A stretch of 64,000 nucleotides of DNA from an uncultured Planctomycetales bacterium (GTDB lineage: Bacteria; Omnitrophota; Gorgyraeia; Gygaellales; Profunditerraquicolaceae), in the NCBI GenBank assembly GCA_964542785.1, contig CAZIUK010000003.1, positions 12,946 through 76,945 of the forward strand, in the 5' to 3' direction. Of the stretch, positions 47,001 to 55,735 are shown piece by piece. The notes under the pieces are model-generated. The model saw only the letters and a list, made by a program, of their open reading frames with translations, was not told the origin of the DNA and ran no database searches. A program made the translations under genes and the position numbers. How positions within the stretch are numbered: position 1 is the stretch's first letter; every line of letters begins with the position of its first letter.

Positions 47001-50000
47001 ACCGGATCATTTAAGGTTTGTTTCTGATATACCTACTGCGGATGCCAAGCAGGTCTCTGTGCAGTTTAACCTGCCTCAGCTTGCTGCTGTTGACCGTTAT
47101 GATAATATACTTACTAATGACTACGGAGCTGCTGCTTATTCCGGGAATAAGGCTATAACCTATTCCTTAAGCGGTCAAAGAGACGCTCCCGACGGAAATG
47201 GGACAGATCTTTTTTATTCCGACAATGTAGCTTCGGCGAAGGTAAATTTTACTAACGGCCTCTCAACAAATGCCCTTAGCGCTAAGTTATACCGGGCGCA
47301 GAATACGGTTATATCCCCGGCGGATAGTAATCTTCCCAGCGAGAGTCTTCCTTCTAACGAGATTATTGTTAACCCGGCTACAGCGACAAAACTGGTCTTT
47401 AAACAGCAGCCTTCTGGCAGTGCGATAGTCAACTCTGCCTTTTTACAACAGCCGGTAGTAGCTATCCAGGATCATTACGGCAACCAGACTTTGGATATAT
47501 TCCCGATAAAGCTCTATGATTCTATCCGTTCGGAATTTCCTTATGCCGATGCTCCTGGAATTTTAACTTCTGACCACGAGGATAATACATTAAATGCCGT
47601 TGCAGGCGAGGCGTCTTTTAGCGGGGTTGAATATAATGCCTCAGGTGTAATATACCTGTATGCCCAAGGATTAGGCGCAGGCAGCAATGTTAACCCTGTT
47701 TTTTCAAATGAGATAACCCTGGCTACTTCCGTCACAACCATGGTTAAGGCCGCGGATACTCCTGTAGCTGACTTTAACCTAACTCCTACCAACGATACAT
47801 TGGAAAAGAAGTTTAAGGTTTTAAAGTTTAAGGTAACTGATGCCGGAGAAGATAAGACTCCTACATTGATCGATCAGATTAAAATAGCAGTATCCGGCAC
47901 CGGGGGTCATGCTTCTACAGATATTGCCTGGGCAGGTTTATATGTAGGAGAAGAAAAGGTGGCGGATGCTGCTTCTATAACAGATGACTTTATTACTTTT
48001 GGGCAGGAGCCTAACAGCGATTCTACTGCAGGTATCTACAGCGTGCCTGATAGTAGCTCTGTTGAATTTACCGTGTATATCCATATGAAGCCGGATAAGT
48101 TATCCGCCCTTGACGGCCAGTCGTATATCTTTACTACTGATGAAGATAGGGTAGGGGTTGACAGAGGGGCTTCTTCGCAAATGACGGCAAGCTCAGGCAG
48201 TATAGCCGCTGTTACCGGAACTATTAAAGTTGATATGACGCATCTTGAGATTGTAACTGAAGAAGGAGCCTCAACATTAACTGTCTCTGCTGGGGTGCCG
48301 GTAGAGCTGTTGGTGCGCGCTACCGACGCTAATAAGAACATAGATAGCGATTATAATGGTAGCCATACCTTAGTCTTCTCAGGGTTAAATAGTGTTGGTA
48401 CCCTTTACCCAAAGATAGAGAGTGTCCTTTTTGGCTATAATATAACTATTTCTTTTTCAGGAGGTATTTCTGCTTCTCAAGGAGTTACCCTTACTCCTTA
48501 TAAGAGCGAGGAAGGTATAATCGTTGTCCAGGAATCAGGAAAGTCTTACAGTCAGCATGGATTAACTGCCACGATTAATGCGGGTGCTGCCAGTAATATT
48601 GCCCTATTAAGCGGCAATAACCAATCTGGAAAGATAGCCGCGCCTCTACTCCAGGCTTTTGTGGTGGCAGTTACCGATGTTTATGGTAATGGTATTGGAT
48701 CTGGGACCGGGGTTGATTTTGCTATTCTTAGCCAGCCTGAAGGTGCAACAGGAGCTTTATTAAGCACTATTTCTGGTGTAACTGATGCTAATGGCCATGC
48801 CTTTACAACCCTGACTGTAGGTAGCCTTGCTGGTGATTATCAGGTGACTGCTTCTTCAGCGGGGTTATCTGGTTCACCGGTAACTTTTATCGCTACGGGT
48901 TTACTCCCTAGTGCAATTCAGCTTTTAAGCGGAGATAACCAGTCTAAACAGGTAGTTTCTGCATTAGATGACCCTCTGGTAGTTAAAATAGTTGATTCAA
49001 CAGGTATTCCTATTCCTCGTGAGAAAGTGGATTTTACTATATCTTCTTATCCTGAAGGCGCGGTTGGGCAAGCGCTCTTGTCAGGCTCAGTGGTAACTGA
49101 TGATAACGGCCAGGCACAGACCAGCTTTACTTTAGGAGATAAGGCAGGGGTTTACAAGGTAACTGTTAATTGCGGTTCGCTTACTGCGGTTGATTTTAAT
49201 TTTAATGCTACTGCCAGGGCTCCTTATCAGGTAGCCTTAAGAGGTCCGGTTTCAGTCAAGGCAGGGGAGGTCTCTACCAAATTTACCGTCTCCATAGAGG
49301 ATGAATACAATAATCCTTCTAATTTATCCCAGGCAACTGTATTTTCATTAACCAATAATCCTTCTCGGCCAAGCGGAATATTTTATTCAAATAGCGACGG
49401 GACGTTAGCAATTAATTCTCTGACTGTAGCTAAGGGTACGAATAGCGCCAGTTTTTACTATAAGGATACAATAACTGGCATGGCGAATATTACGGCAACC
49501 CGTACTAGCGGGCAGTCTTTAATCCAGGGAATATCAAGCCAGGAAGTTACGGTTATCCCTTCGGATGCCTATCGTTTTACTATTGTTGGCAATACTGATA
49601 CTATAGAGACAGGGGAAAGTAAAGTATTGACCATAACCGCTTATGATAATTTAGGCAATGTAAAGAGCGATTATACCGGGAATGTTAATGTTCTCTTCTC
49701 TGGGGCTAGTGCTTCCCCAGCTCCTTCATCAAAGAAAGCCACAGCTTCTAACCATCTAAGTCAGGATATTGAATTTGGAAAGACTACCAGCCTAAACTTT
49801 ATTAATGGTGTAGCTGTTTCAACCTTGAAGTTTTATAAAGTAGAGGATGTGAATATAAAGATAACCAGCGGTTCAATAGTTACTGCTGAAGAGGATAGTC
49901 TAAGCTTTACCGTCAGGCATGGTCAGGCAGATCACTTGAAATTCGGCGGGAATCTTCCTGCTTTGCAGGAGGCGGGGGTAGAGTTTGATTTTGAAACTAC

Positions 50001-53000
50001 GCTGCAAGCGGTTGACCTTTATGATAATATCTGCAACGGCCTTAATGGTTCTTCCGGATTCTCTGGTTCAAAGAAGGTTACCTGGAGTTTAAGCGGAGCT
50101 TCTGATGGACCTGAGGGGAATGTTATTGATGAGTTTGTCAGTCCTGTAGAGTTTAGCTTAGGGGTATCCACTACTACTTTAAGCGCAAAGCTCTACCGTG
50201 CACAGGATACCACCATTACCGCTGCTATTTCTGCTTTAATAGGGGTAAATGTTGCTTCGAATACAATTACAGTTGAGCCTGGGGCAGTAGCAAAGCTAAG
50301 GTTCTCTCAGGAGCCTGCGGCTTCTTCCATTACCAGTCAGGCTTTAGAGGTACAGCCTAAGGTTGCGGTAAGTGATCAGTATGGTAACCCTGTTTCTACT
50401 ACCTCGGCTAACGTAAGCATTGCTGCTTCAACTAGCAATGATTCATTTGTACCTGTGGTTAATGGAGTATTAAGCGCTATTGGAGGACTTACAGCATCTA
50501 CAGTTAACGGAGTAGCTTCTTTTAGCGGAGTAACCTATAATTATCCTGAGACTATTTACCTTCGCGCCACAGTCGCAGGGGTAAGCCTGGTGCCGGTATT
50601 CTCTTCAGGTATAACATTTAGTACCGCTCAGGAAACAGCTCTCTCTGTTACTACACCAGGGCCTACTGCTATTTCTTCTCTTGCCTATACTACTGCAGAC
50701 AGAGTTGGGGTGCTTAATTTTAGGGTTGTTGATGGGGGGACTGATGGTTTCTCCAGTAAGATACGCCAGGTGATTGTAAAGCGCAACACCTCTGATACTA
50801 CCGGCGGGTGGACAAATTACCTGCAGGGAGTCTATATTACCGATGGAGCAACGCAGGTGGTTGGGAGGATAGAGGATGATCAGATTATTTTTGGCTTGGG
50901 GGGAAATGATATTTATGATGTTACTAACGGCACGACTAAGAATTTTACTGTGAGCGTATTTTTGAAGAATCCGCTCCCCTTAGATTCAGATAATAAGGTT
51001 TTGGGTTTCAAGCTTGATCCGGCTACAGATATAGTATTTGGTTCACCTAGCTCTAGGCTTGTCTCTTCTTCTGTGATGAGTTCAACTCCAAAGATCTCGG
51101 TTGTGGCTACTGATTTTGCTATTTTTGGCTCTCCTACCATGAATGCCGGAGATACCCAGCCGATTACGCTTAAGGCCGTAGATATACTGGGCAATATTGA
51201 TAAGGATTATGTTGGAGAAAAAACTTTAGTTTTTAGCGGACCAAGTATAACGAGTAAAGGAAATGAGCCCATCGAGACGACCTCAAATATTCCTTTTGGT
51301 ACGGATACCCCGGTTTCTTTTACCAACGGCCAGAGCTCATCTACCGTCGGGATTAAACTCTTTAAAGCCGAAACTGCTTATGTTAAGGCAGCCGATATTT
51401 CTGCGGGGATAACTACTCCTAATCAGAAAGCCTTGATTGTTACGGTTTACGGCGGAGCTGCCACGGGTTTAAGTTGGCTTACCCAGCCGGTGGGCGTAGT
51501 TGTCGAAAATGCCCCGTGGAAAGAGTTTAGTATTTCAGTTACCGATGCTTATGGCAATACCTCATCCAGCAGTACTGAGGTAACCGTAGCTCCTTCTAAC
51601 GGCAGTATCTCTACAGGTTCGCAGGCAACAGTTACCGCTCAATCGGGAATAGCCACATTCTATAATTTTGCGGTAAATGGTCTTAATGATGAAGAGAAGA
51701 TCACTTTAAGCGCATCAGCAAGCGGGGTAGCCGGTACCGGTCCTTCCAATGAAGTGCAGGTATTTAAGGTTTATAAGGTAACGGTCTTTGTAAAAGATTA
51801 TACTAGCGCTAGTAATCTTACTGAATGCGCTTTGGATGCCACATCTAACGGAGTAGTCGTAGATGGTTTTCCAAAGACAGGCAACAGCCCGTTTACTTTT
51901 AACTTGCCCTACGGGACGTATACCTTCCGGGTCTCTAAGGAAAAATATGTTGATGAAAACACCGAAAAGACAGCTGGTGTTGCCGCGGATTACCTGGACG
52001 GAGTATATGATGCAAAGATTACCTGGTCTTTGACTGCTACAAGTTTAGTTGAGGCTACTGCTGATTATAAAGCACAGAGCGCTTTTGTTTATGATGAAAG
52101 TACTGACAAGCTTTCTATCCGCGTCTGGCTGGAGAAGCGCGGGAAGATGGTAGTTAATGATGATGTTAATATTTTAGGTAATGCGGTTGTAGATATCTAT
52201 AATGATTCTACCGGGGGATGGCTTAAGTCAATTACCTTAGAGCCTCCTGCTGCGTCTAATACTGTAAATGGAGTTTATTTTAAGGAGATACCTAATGTAG
52301 TTTCTGTTGACGATGATTTTAACCTTGTTGCAGGCAAGACCTATTTTGCCCGTGTTGTCATTAATTATGGTGGGCTTACTGGTACAGGCAGAAGTTATGA
52401 AGGAGGAGCGACCTTTAGTGTTACTATAAACGAGAATCTGCGCGCAGTTACTAATTCTATTCAGACGGTTGCTACTAATATCGCCGGGCAGACTGCGGCA
52501 ATTCAAAAGACGATAAAGGATGAGATAGAAGGCCAGATTACTAGTGTTGTTGTGCCTAAGATTACTGATGTAAAGACTGAGACATCTAAGATTCTTTCTG
52601 CCACAGGCACAGAGTCTTTGCAGGATAAGATTGCCGAGGTAAAAACACAGGTAGTCCAGGAGGTTCAGCCGCATATTAAATCCGGTATATTAAATGGAGA
52701 GACTGCGGTAAGAACTGGCTCTAAACTAGCTGTTCGTTATCGAACTGATTCTGGACTTTCTCCAACGATATCCGTATATAGCCCCAAGAACAATCTTCTT
52801 ATCTCCGACAGGGCTATGGCAGAGATAGGGATAACGGGAATCTATGAGTATAATGTAACATTTTTACCGGCTTGGGGGAGGGGATCCTTTACTATTGTTT
52901 GTTCAGAGCCGGTAAAAGGAACAGCTGATGCCTTTGTGCTTAAGGTAAGTGATTCGGATATAGAGGATATATCAAGTAGTGTCTCTGCTGTTTTAGGTAG

Positions 53001-53370
53001 CACCTCTGGCATTACCAACCTTAAGAAAGTAACCGAAACCTTAAACGCGCAGTTTAGTGATATGGATAAGGCTATTGCCCAAATCAGCAAGAATATTACT
53101 GGAAAGGTTGAAGAGGTAAAAGGGGCTGCCGTTGAACTTGCCGGCGTATTTAAGCAGCTTGAGGATATGAGTAATACCATTAAGAGCTTAGGAGGGACAG
53201 CCGGTATAAATATTGATAAGATTTACGAGGTATCTAAAGATAAGCAGGAGGATATTAGTTATATTAAGAATAAGAGCGAAGAGCTTAAGGCGGCGATGGA
53301 GCTTAACCAAAAGATGATAGAGAATGTTGCTAAGAAGCCAGTAGTTCAAACCTGGTTTGAATTCAAGTAA
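44023..53370 (+). CDS. Giant (3115 aa) secreted surface protein with Big/Ig-like repeats and a coiled-coil-like C-terminus
   Basis: It has a signal peptide. Invasin/intimin-type Big-like units are visible (LLSGNNQSGKIAAPLLQAFVVAVTDVYGNG...DYQVTASSAGLSGSPVTF). A 643-aa module occurs twice almost identically, and a diverged third copy lies at about 49.5-51.5 kb. A carboxypeptidase-regulatory-like segment is also present (YKVTVFVKD...GTYTFRVSKEKY). Confidence 0.75.
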   Translation: MKKILKVLLIGGLALWGYFESASLALGANLSISSASDQTFISEEAPKDAQAITITDVSGSGIIVSSGLRILIPDSFGMQWHGAMLRDDSVTDTSNADFSVIAAQIISAGVTLESSDAGATGSVEVNFTSINSIPADAKIVITFPDNFVFNSKSPTLASSATMSGDFSVSITGQVITVTRNSTSASSAGSHLITLTNIKNPIRPGTTGAYSLKIQTLAGFDIDVNNDLAASTIVPAATSRITLNSPDDMTAGAARAAYTLTRYDEYGNLSTQEEEVFDISTTSTGDNAVFYNDATASEAGNIITSITIPQGSSSVNFWYDDTKMGAYTIAAIKSDQPEITVSDGINVKHAEPDHLRFVSDIPTADAKQVSVQFNLPQLAAVDRYDNILTNDYGAAAYSGNKAITYSLSGQRDAPDGNGTDLFYSDNVASAKVNFTNGLSTNALSAKLYRAQNTVISPADSNLPSESLPSNEIIVNPATATKLVFKQQPSGSAIVNSAFLQQPVVAIQDHYGNQTLDIFPIKLYDSIRSEFPYADAPGILTSDHEDNTLNAVAGEASFSGVEYNASGVIYLYAQGLGAGSNVNPVFSNEITLATSVTTMVKAADTPVADFNLTPTNDTLEKKFKVLKFKVTDAGEDKTPTLIDQIKIAVSGTGGHASTDIAWAGLYVGEEKVADAASITDDFITFGQEPNSDSTAGIYSVPDSSSVEFTVYIHMKPDKLSALDGQSYIFTTDEDRVGVDRGASSQMTASSGSIAAVTGTIKVDMTHLEIVTEEGASTLTVSAGVPVELLVRATDANKNIDSDYNGSHTLVFSGLNSVGTLYPKIESVLFGYNITISFSGGISASQGVTLTPYKSEEGIIVVQESGKSYSQHGLTATIVPAATSRITLNSPDDMTAGAARAAYTLTRYDEYGNLSTQEEEVFDISTTSTGDNAVFYNDATASEAGNIITSITIPQGSSSVNFWYDDTKMGAYTIAAIKSDQPEITVSDGINVKHAEPDHLRFVSDIPTADAKQVSVQFNLPQLAAVDRYDNILTNDYGAAAYSGNKAITYSLSGQRDAPDGNGTDLFYSDNVASAKVNFTNGLSTNALSAKLYRAQNTVISPADSNLPSESLPSNEIIVNPATATKLVFKQQPSGSAIVNSAFLQQPVVAIQDHYGNQTLDIFPIKLYDSIRSEFPYADAPGILTSDHEDNTLNAVAGEASFSGVEYNASGVIYLYAQGLGAGSNVNPVFSNEITLATSVTTMVKAADTPVADFNLTPTNDTLEKKFKVLKFKVTDAGEDKTPTLIDQIKIAVSGTGGHASTDIAWAGLYVGEEKVADAASITDDFITFGQEPNSDSTAGIYSVPDSSSVEFTVYIHMKPDKLSALDGQSYIFTTDEDRVGVDRGASSQMTASSGSIAAVTGTIKVDMTHLEIVTEEGASTLTVSAGVPVELLVRATDANKNIDSDYNGSHTLVFSGLNSVGTLYPKIESVLFGYNITISFSGGISASQGVTLTPYKSEEGIIVVQESGKSYSQHGLTATINAGAASNIALLSGNNQSGKIAAPLLQAFVVAVTDVYGNGIGSGTGVDFAILSQPEGATGALLSTISGVTDANGHAFTTLTVGSLAGDYQVTASSAGLSGSPVTFIATGLLPSAIQLLSGDNQSKQVVSALDDPLVVKIVDSTGIPIPREKVDFTISSYPEGAVGQALLSGSVVTDDNGQAQTSFTLGDKAGVYKVTVNCGSLTAVDFNFNATARAPYQVALRGPVSVKAGEVSTKFTVSIEDEYNNPSNLSQATVFSLTNNPSRPSGIFYSNSDGTLAINSLTVAKGTNSASFYYKDTITGMANITATRTSGQSLIQGISSQEVTVIPSDAYRFTIVGNTDTIETGESKVLTITAYDNLGNVKSDYTGNVNVLFSGASASPAPSSKKATASNHLSQDIEFGKTTSLNFINGVAVSTLKFYKVEDVNIKITSGSIVTAEEDSLSFTVRHGQADHLKFGGNLPALQEAGVEFDFETTLQAVDLYDNICNGLNGSSGFSGSKKVTWSLSGASDGPEGNVIDEFVSPVEFSLGVSTTTLSAKLYRAQDTTITAAISALIGVNVASNTITVEPGAVAKLRFSQEPAASSITSQALEVQPKVAVSDQYGNPVSTTSANVSIAASTSNDSFVPVVNGVLSAIGGLTASTVNGVASFSGVTYNYPETIYLRATVAGVSLVPVFSSGITFSTAQETALSVTTPGPTAISSLAYTTADRVGVLNFRVVDGGTDGFSSKIRQVIVKRNTSDTTGGWTNYLQGVYITDGATQVVGRIEDDQIIFGLGGNDIYDVTNGTTKNFTVSVFLKNPLPLDSDNKVLGFKLDPATDIVFGSPSSRLVSSSVMSSTPKISVVATDFAIFGSPTMNAGDTQPITLKAVDILGNIDKDYVGEKTLVFSGPSITSKGNEPIETTSNIPFGTDTPVSFTNGQSSSTVGIKLFKAETAYVKAADISAGITTPNQKALIVTVYGGAATGLSWLTQPVGVVVENAPWKEFSISVTDAYGNTSSSSTEVTVAPSNGSISTGSQATVTAQSGIATFYNFAVNGLNDEEKITLSASASGVAGTGPSNEVQVFKVYKVTVFVKDYTSASNLTECALDATSNGVVVDGFPKTGNSPFTFNLPYGTYTFRVSKEKYVDENTEKTAGVAADYLDGVYDAKITWSLTATSLVEATADYKAQSAFVYDESTDKLSIRVWLEKRGKMVVNDDVNILGNAVVDIYNDSTGGWLKSITLEPPAASNTVNGVYFKEIPNVVSVDDDFNLVAGKTYFARVVINYGGLTGTGRSYEGGATFSVTINENLRAVTNSIQTVATNIAGQTAAIQKTIKDEIEGQITSVVVPKITDVKTETSKILSATGTESLQDKIAEVKTQVVQEVQPHIKSGILNGETAVRTGSKLAVRYRTDSGLSPTISVYSPKNNLLISDRAMAEIGITGIYEYNVTFLPAWGRGSFTIVCSEPVKGTADAFVLKVSDSDIEDISSSVSAVLGSTSGITNLKKVTETLNAQFSDMDKAIAQISKNITGKVEEVKGAAVELAGVFKQLEDMSNTIKSLGGTAGINIDKIYEVSKDKQEDISYIKNKSEELKAAMELNQKMIENVAKKPVVQTWFEFK
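44711..48576 (+). repeat. Near-perfect in-frame tandem duplication, 2 x 1929 bp
   Basis: Copy 1 spans 44711-46639 and copy 2 spans 46640-48568. The shared 8-mer CCACGATT sits at all three boundaries (44711, 46640, 48569). I found one mismatch (A44730 versus G46659, synonymous). The translated copies are identical. Confidence 0.95.
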
Positions 53371-53390
53371 AAATAATGATAATGGATAAT

Positions 53391-53449
53391 GGGGACAGCG
53401 ACTTTTTTGATAAAAAGTCGCTGTCCCCCTAGAAAAAGTCGCTGTCCCC
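53391..53449. repeat. REP-like cluster (one forward and two reverse copies) after the giant gene
   Basis: GGGGACAGCGACTTTTT-tgat-AAAAAGTCGCTGTCCCC forms a 17-bp stem. A second AAAAAGTCGCTGTCCCC follows at 53433-53449. Confidence 0.95.
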
Positions 53450-53495
53450 TTTAAAAGGGTGACATATTTGAAAAATATGGTAAAATAAAATCAAG

Positions 53496-54200
53496 ATGAT
53501 AAAAATACTATTGAAGGGTAGGTTTAATTTTATTCTAATTATCTTTATTGCGTTATTTCTTTTTTTTGTTCCTGCGGAAGCTGGCATTACTATGCGCCTT
53601 ATGGCAGTAAACCCGGCTGATTCAGAGCAAACCGTTCCGATAAAGGTTTATCTTCCTGTAGAAGTCAAGCCCGAAGATATAATATATAAAGACGATTTAG
53701 ATGTAGCTTATGATACCCAGCAGGGAAGTTATTATGTTTTTGGAGAATTCCTCTTAGCCCCTAAAGAGGTATTAGAGAAAGAAATAGAGATAAAGGATAT
53801 CTGGGTTATAGATTTAAGCGAGGTTGAAATGTTACGCTTAGAGGCTAAGGATATGCTGAAGTCTTTTAAGAAGACAAAGTATTATGAACGCGCCCAGCTT
53901 ATTTATAATGGGATAGATAAAAAGCTTAAAGAGGTAGAAGAGGAGCAAGATTTGTCTTCTGCCAGCCCTGCTTATAAGATTTCAAATTATAGAAATTCTT
54001 TAAGTTTGATTGATTCTGTCAAGGCCGATCTTGTCTCAGCTAAAACCCTTTTATCTGAGGCTTTACCTAAAGGTATGGCTAAGCTTACTTGGGGAGTTAT
54101 TTTGTTTATTGTGCTTTTTTTAGGGGTTTTAGGGGGAGGATCTTTTTTTATTTGGCAACACCAGTCAAGGCTTGAATCTGAAGAGAAGACCAAGGAGTAA
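53496..54200 (+). CDS. Membrane-anchored hypothetical protein
   Basis: 234 aa with an N-terminal signal/TM and a C-terminal TM (LTWGVILFIVLFLGVLGGGSFFIW). I recognised no motif. Confidence 0.5.
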   Translation: MIKILLKGRFNFILIIFIALFLFFVPAEAGITMRLMAVNPADSEQTVPIKVYLPVEVKPEDIIYKDDLDVAYDTQQGSYYVFGEFLLAPKEVLEKEIEIKDIWVIDLSEVEMLRLEAKDMLKSFKKTKYYERAQLIYNGIDKKLKEVEEEQDLSSASPAYKISNYRNSLSLIDSVKADLVSAKTLLSEALPKGMAKLTWGVILFIVLFLGVLGGGSFFIWQHQSRLESEEKTKE

Positions 54201-54266
54201 ATAAAATAAATACAAATATTATCAGGACAGATAGGGCAAGCCCTTTTAATACCTAAACGTTAATTA

Positions 54267-55046
54267 ATGAAAAGGGAATTTGTTATTTTATTAGTAATTT
54301 TATTTTTTTTTGTGCATAGTTTAGGCGCGCAGGCTTCAGAAGGGCTTTGGAATACTGAAAAGACTCAGCATTTTATAATATATTACCAGTCTGCCCAGGC
54401 AAGTTTTATTCGGGATTTGGCTTATGCCGCTGAAAGGTATTATAACAGCATTATTGATGAGCTTGGTTTTAGGCGTATGGATTTTTGGAGTTGGGATAAC
54501 CGGGCTAAAATCTATATATACAATGGATTTGAAGATTATAAAAAAGAGGCTGACCGTAAAGATTGGTCTGGTGCGGTTGTTTTTGTGGATACCCGTACTA
54601 TTAAAAGTTTTTTAGGGCAGTTTGATTTTTTTGATTCTATCCTTCCGCATGAGATGACCCATATAATATTCAGGGAATTTGTGGGTAGAGAAGCAATCCT
54701 TCCTTTGTGTATAGATGAAGGAGTTGCAAGCTCTCAGGAGAAAGGCCATTTGCATGAGAGGTTATCTTTGATAAAGAAACTTATTTTGCAGGGAAAATAT
54801 ATGCATTTTGATAAATTATTCAATATCTACCAGGCTAAGGGTATAAGCCCTCAGGAGTTTTATGCCCAGTCAGCCTCGCTCGTTGTTTTTTTAATAAAAC
54901 AATATGGAAGAGAACGTTTTGTTGATTTTAGCCGTAAATTAAGGGACGGAATGCTTTGGGATAAGGCTTTATTAAGCGTATATAAGTTTAAGAGCTTTGC
55001 AGATATGGAGAATGAGTGGAAAGATTTTATTTTGAGAAATTTCTGA
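54267..55046 (+). CDS. Secreted gluzincin-type (peptidase MA-like) metallopeptidase
   Basis: 259 aa with a signal peptide. HEMTH is followed after 18 residues by E (HEMTHIIFREFVGREAILPLCIDEG), fitting HExxH-x18-E. Confidence 0.6.
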   Translation: MKREFVILLVILFFFVHSLGAQASEGLWNTEKTQHFIIYYQSAQASFIRDLAYAAERYYNSIIDELGFRRMDFWSWDNRAKIYIYNGFEDYKKEADRKDWSGAVVFVDTRTIKSFLGQFDFFDSILPHEMTHIIFREFVGREAILPLCIDEGVASSQEKGHLHERLSLIKKLILQGKYMHFDKLFNIYQAKGISPQEFYAQSASLVVFLIKQYGRERFVDFSRKLRDGMLWDKALLSVYKFKSFADMENEWKDFILRNF

Positions 55047-55075
55047 AATACTGCTATAATAAACAGTGATATAGT

Positions 55076-55711
55076 GGGGACAGCGACTTTTTGACTTTTT
55101 ATTTTTAGCTCTTTGATAATTTTTACTTAAATTTTTAAGTTAGATTTCCTTCCTTGCCGCGTCTATTGATAGTGAAGGTGATAGATGATATAGGGCCTAA
55201 AAGGAAGGGGTGGTATGGGGAGAATAGCCAGAATAGTAGGAGTAGGGTTGCCGCACCATATTACACAGAGAAGGAATTACCAATAATGTTGCTCATATGC
55301 GTTATTCGCAGTATTTTAATAATAAATTAAACCAGCGAGGGCATCTTTGGCAGGGAAGATTTTATTCTTGTATTTTGTCGCAAGCGCACCTTATGCTTGC
55401 TGCTTGCTATATAGAGCGTAATCCTGTACGCGCGGGTTTAGTAGATCAGCCATGGCATTGGCAATGGTCAAGTGCTGCCAGCCATACAAACCGTAAGATT
55501 GATGAGTTGGTTAATTCTGATGAGTTGTTAAAGCTTGTAGGTATGTCAAGCTCTTCTTGGGAGAAATATATAGAAACAAAGGAAGAAGAGAGTTTTTTGC
55601 AGGATATAAGGAAACATACTTTTACCAGTCGTTCTTTTGGCGTGGTTTAGGTTATTTTAAGGAGCAGGTCTAAGAAGGATAGGGTTGGGTTAAAAAAAAG
55701 TCGCTGTCCCC
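55076..55711 (+). mobile_element. Decayed REPtron: RAYT pseudogene bracketed by inverted REP-like half-sites
   Basis: GGGGACAGCGACTTTTT (55076-55092) and its exact reverse complement AAAAAGTCGCTGTCCCC (55695-55711) flank the RAYT remnant. Confidence 0.7.
55215..55650 (+). pseudogene. REP-associated tyrosine transposase (RAYT, IS200/Y1-like) with an internal deletion and frame break
   Basis: The N-terminal fragment MGRIARIVGVGLPHHITQRRNYQ* (55215-55286) resembles the RAYT N-terminus. The C-terminal fragment lies in another frame (55297-55650) and carries GHLWQGRFYS and YIERNPVRAGLV..WQWSS. The central segment of about 70 aa that normally carries the HUH motif (NHxHLL) is missing. Confidence 0.7.
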
Positions 55712-55735
55712 GTTTTAGTATGGAGGTTATTTAAG

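Noticed and set aside
1037-54615. Nested + strand alternative-frame ORFs: 1037-1291, 42043-42237, 44849-45055, 46778-46984 and 54424-54615.
   Set aside because: They are embedded out of frame in longer motif-bearing CDS and have low-complexity or hydrophobic translations with no start-site support.
55297-55650. The 117-aa ORF as an intact gene.
   Set aside because: It is only the C-terminal part of a RAYT transposase. The matching N-terminal fragment sits in another frame 10 nt upstream, and the HUH-bearing core is missing. I annotated it as a pseudogene.
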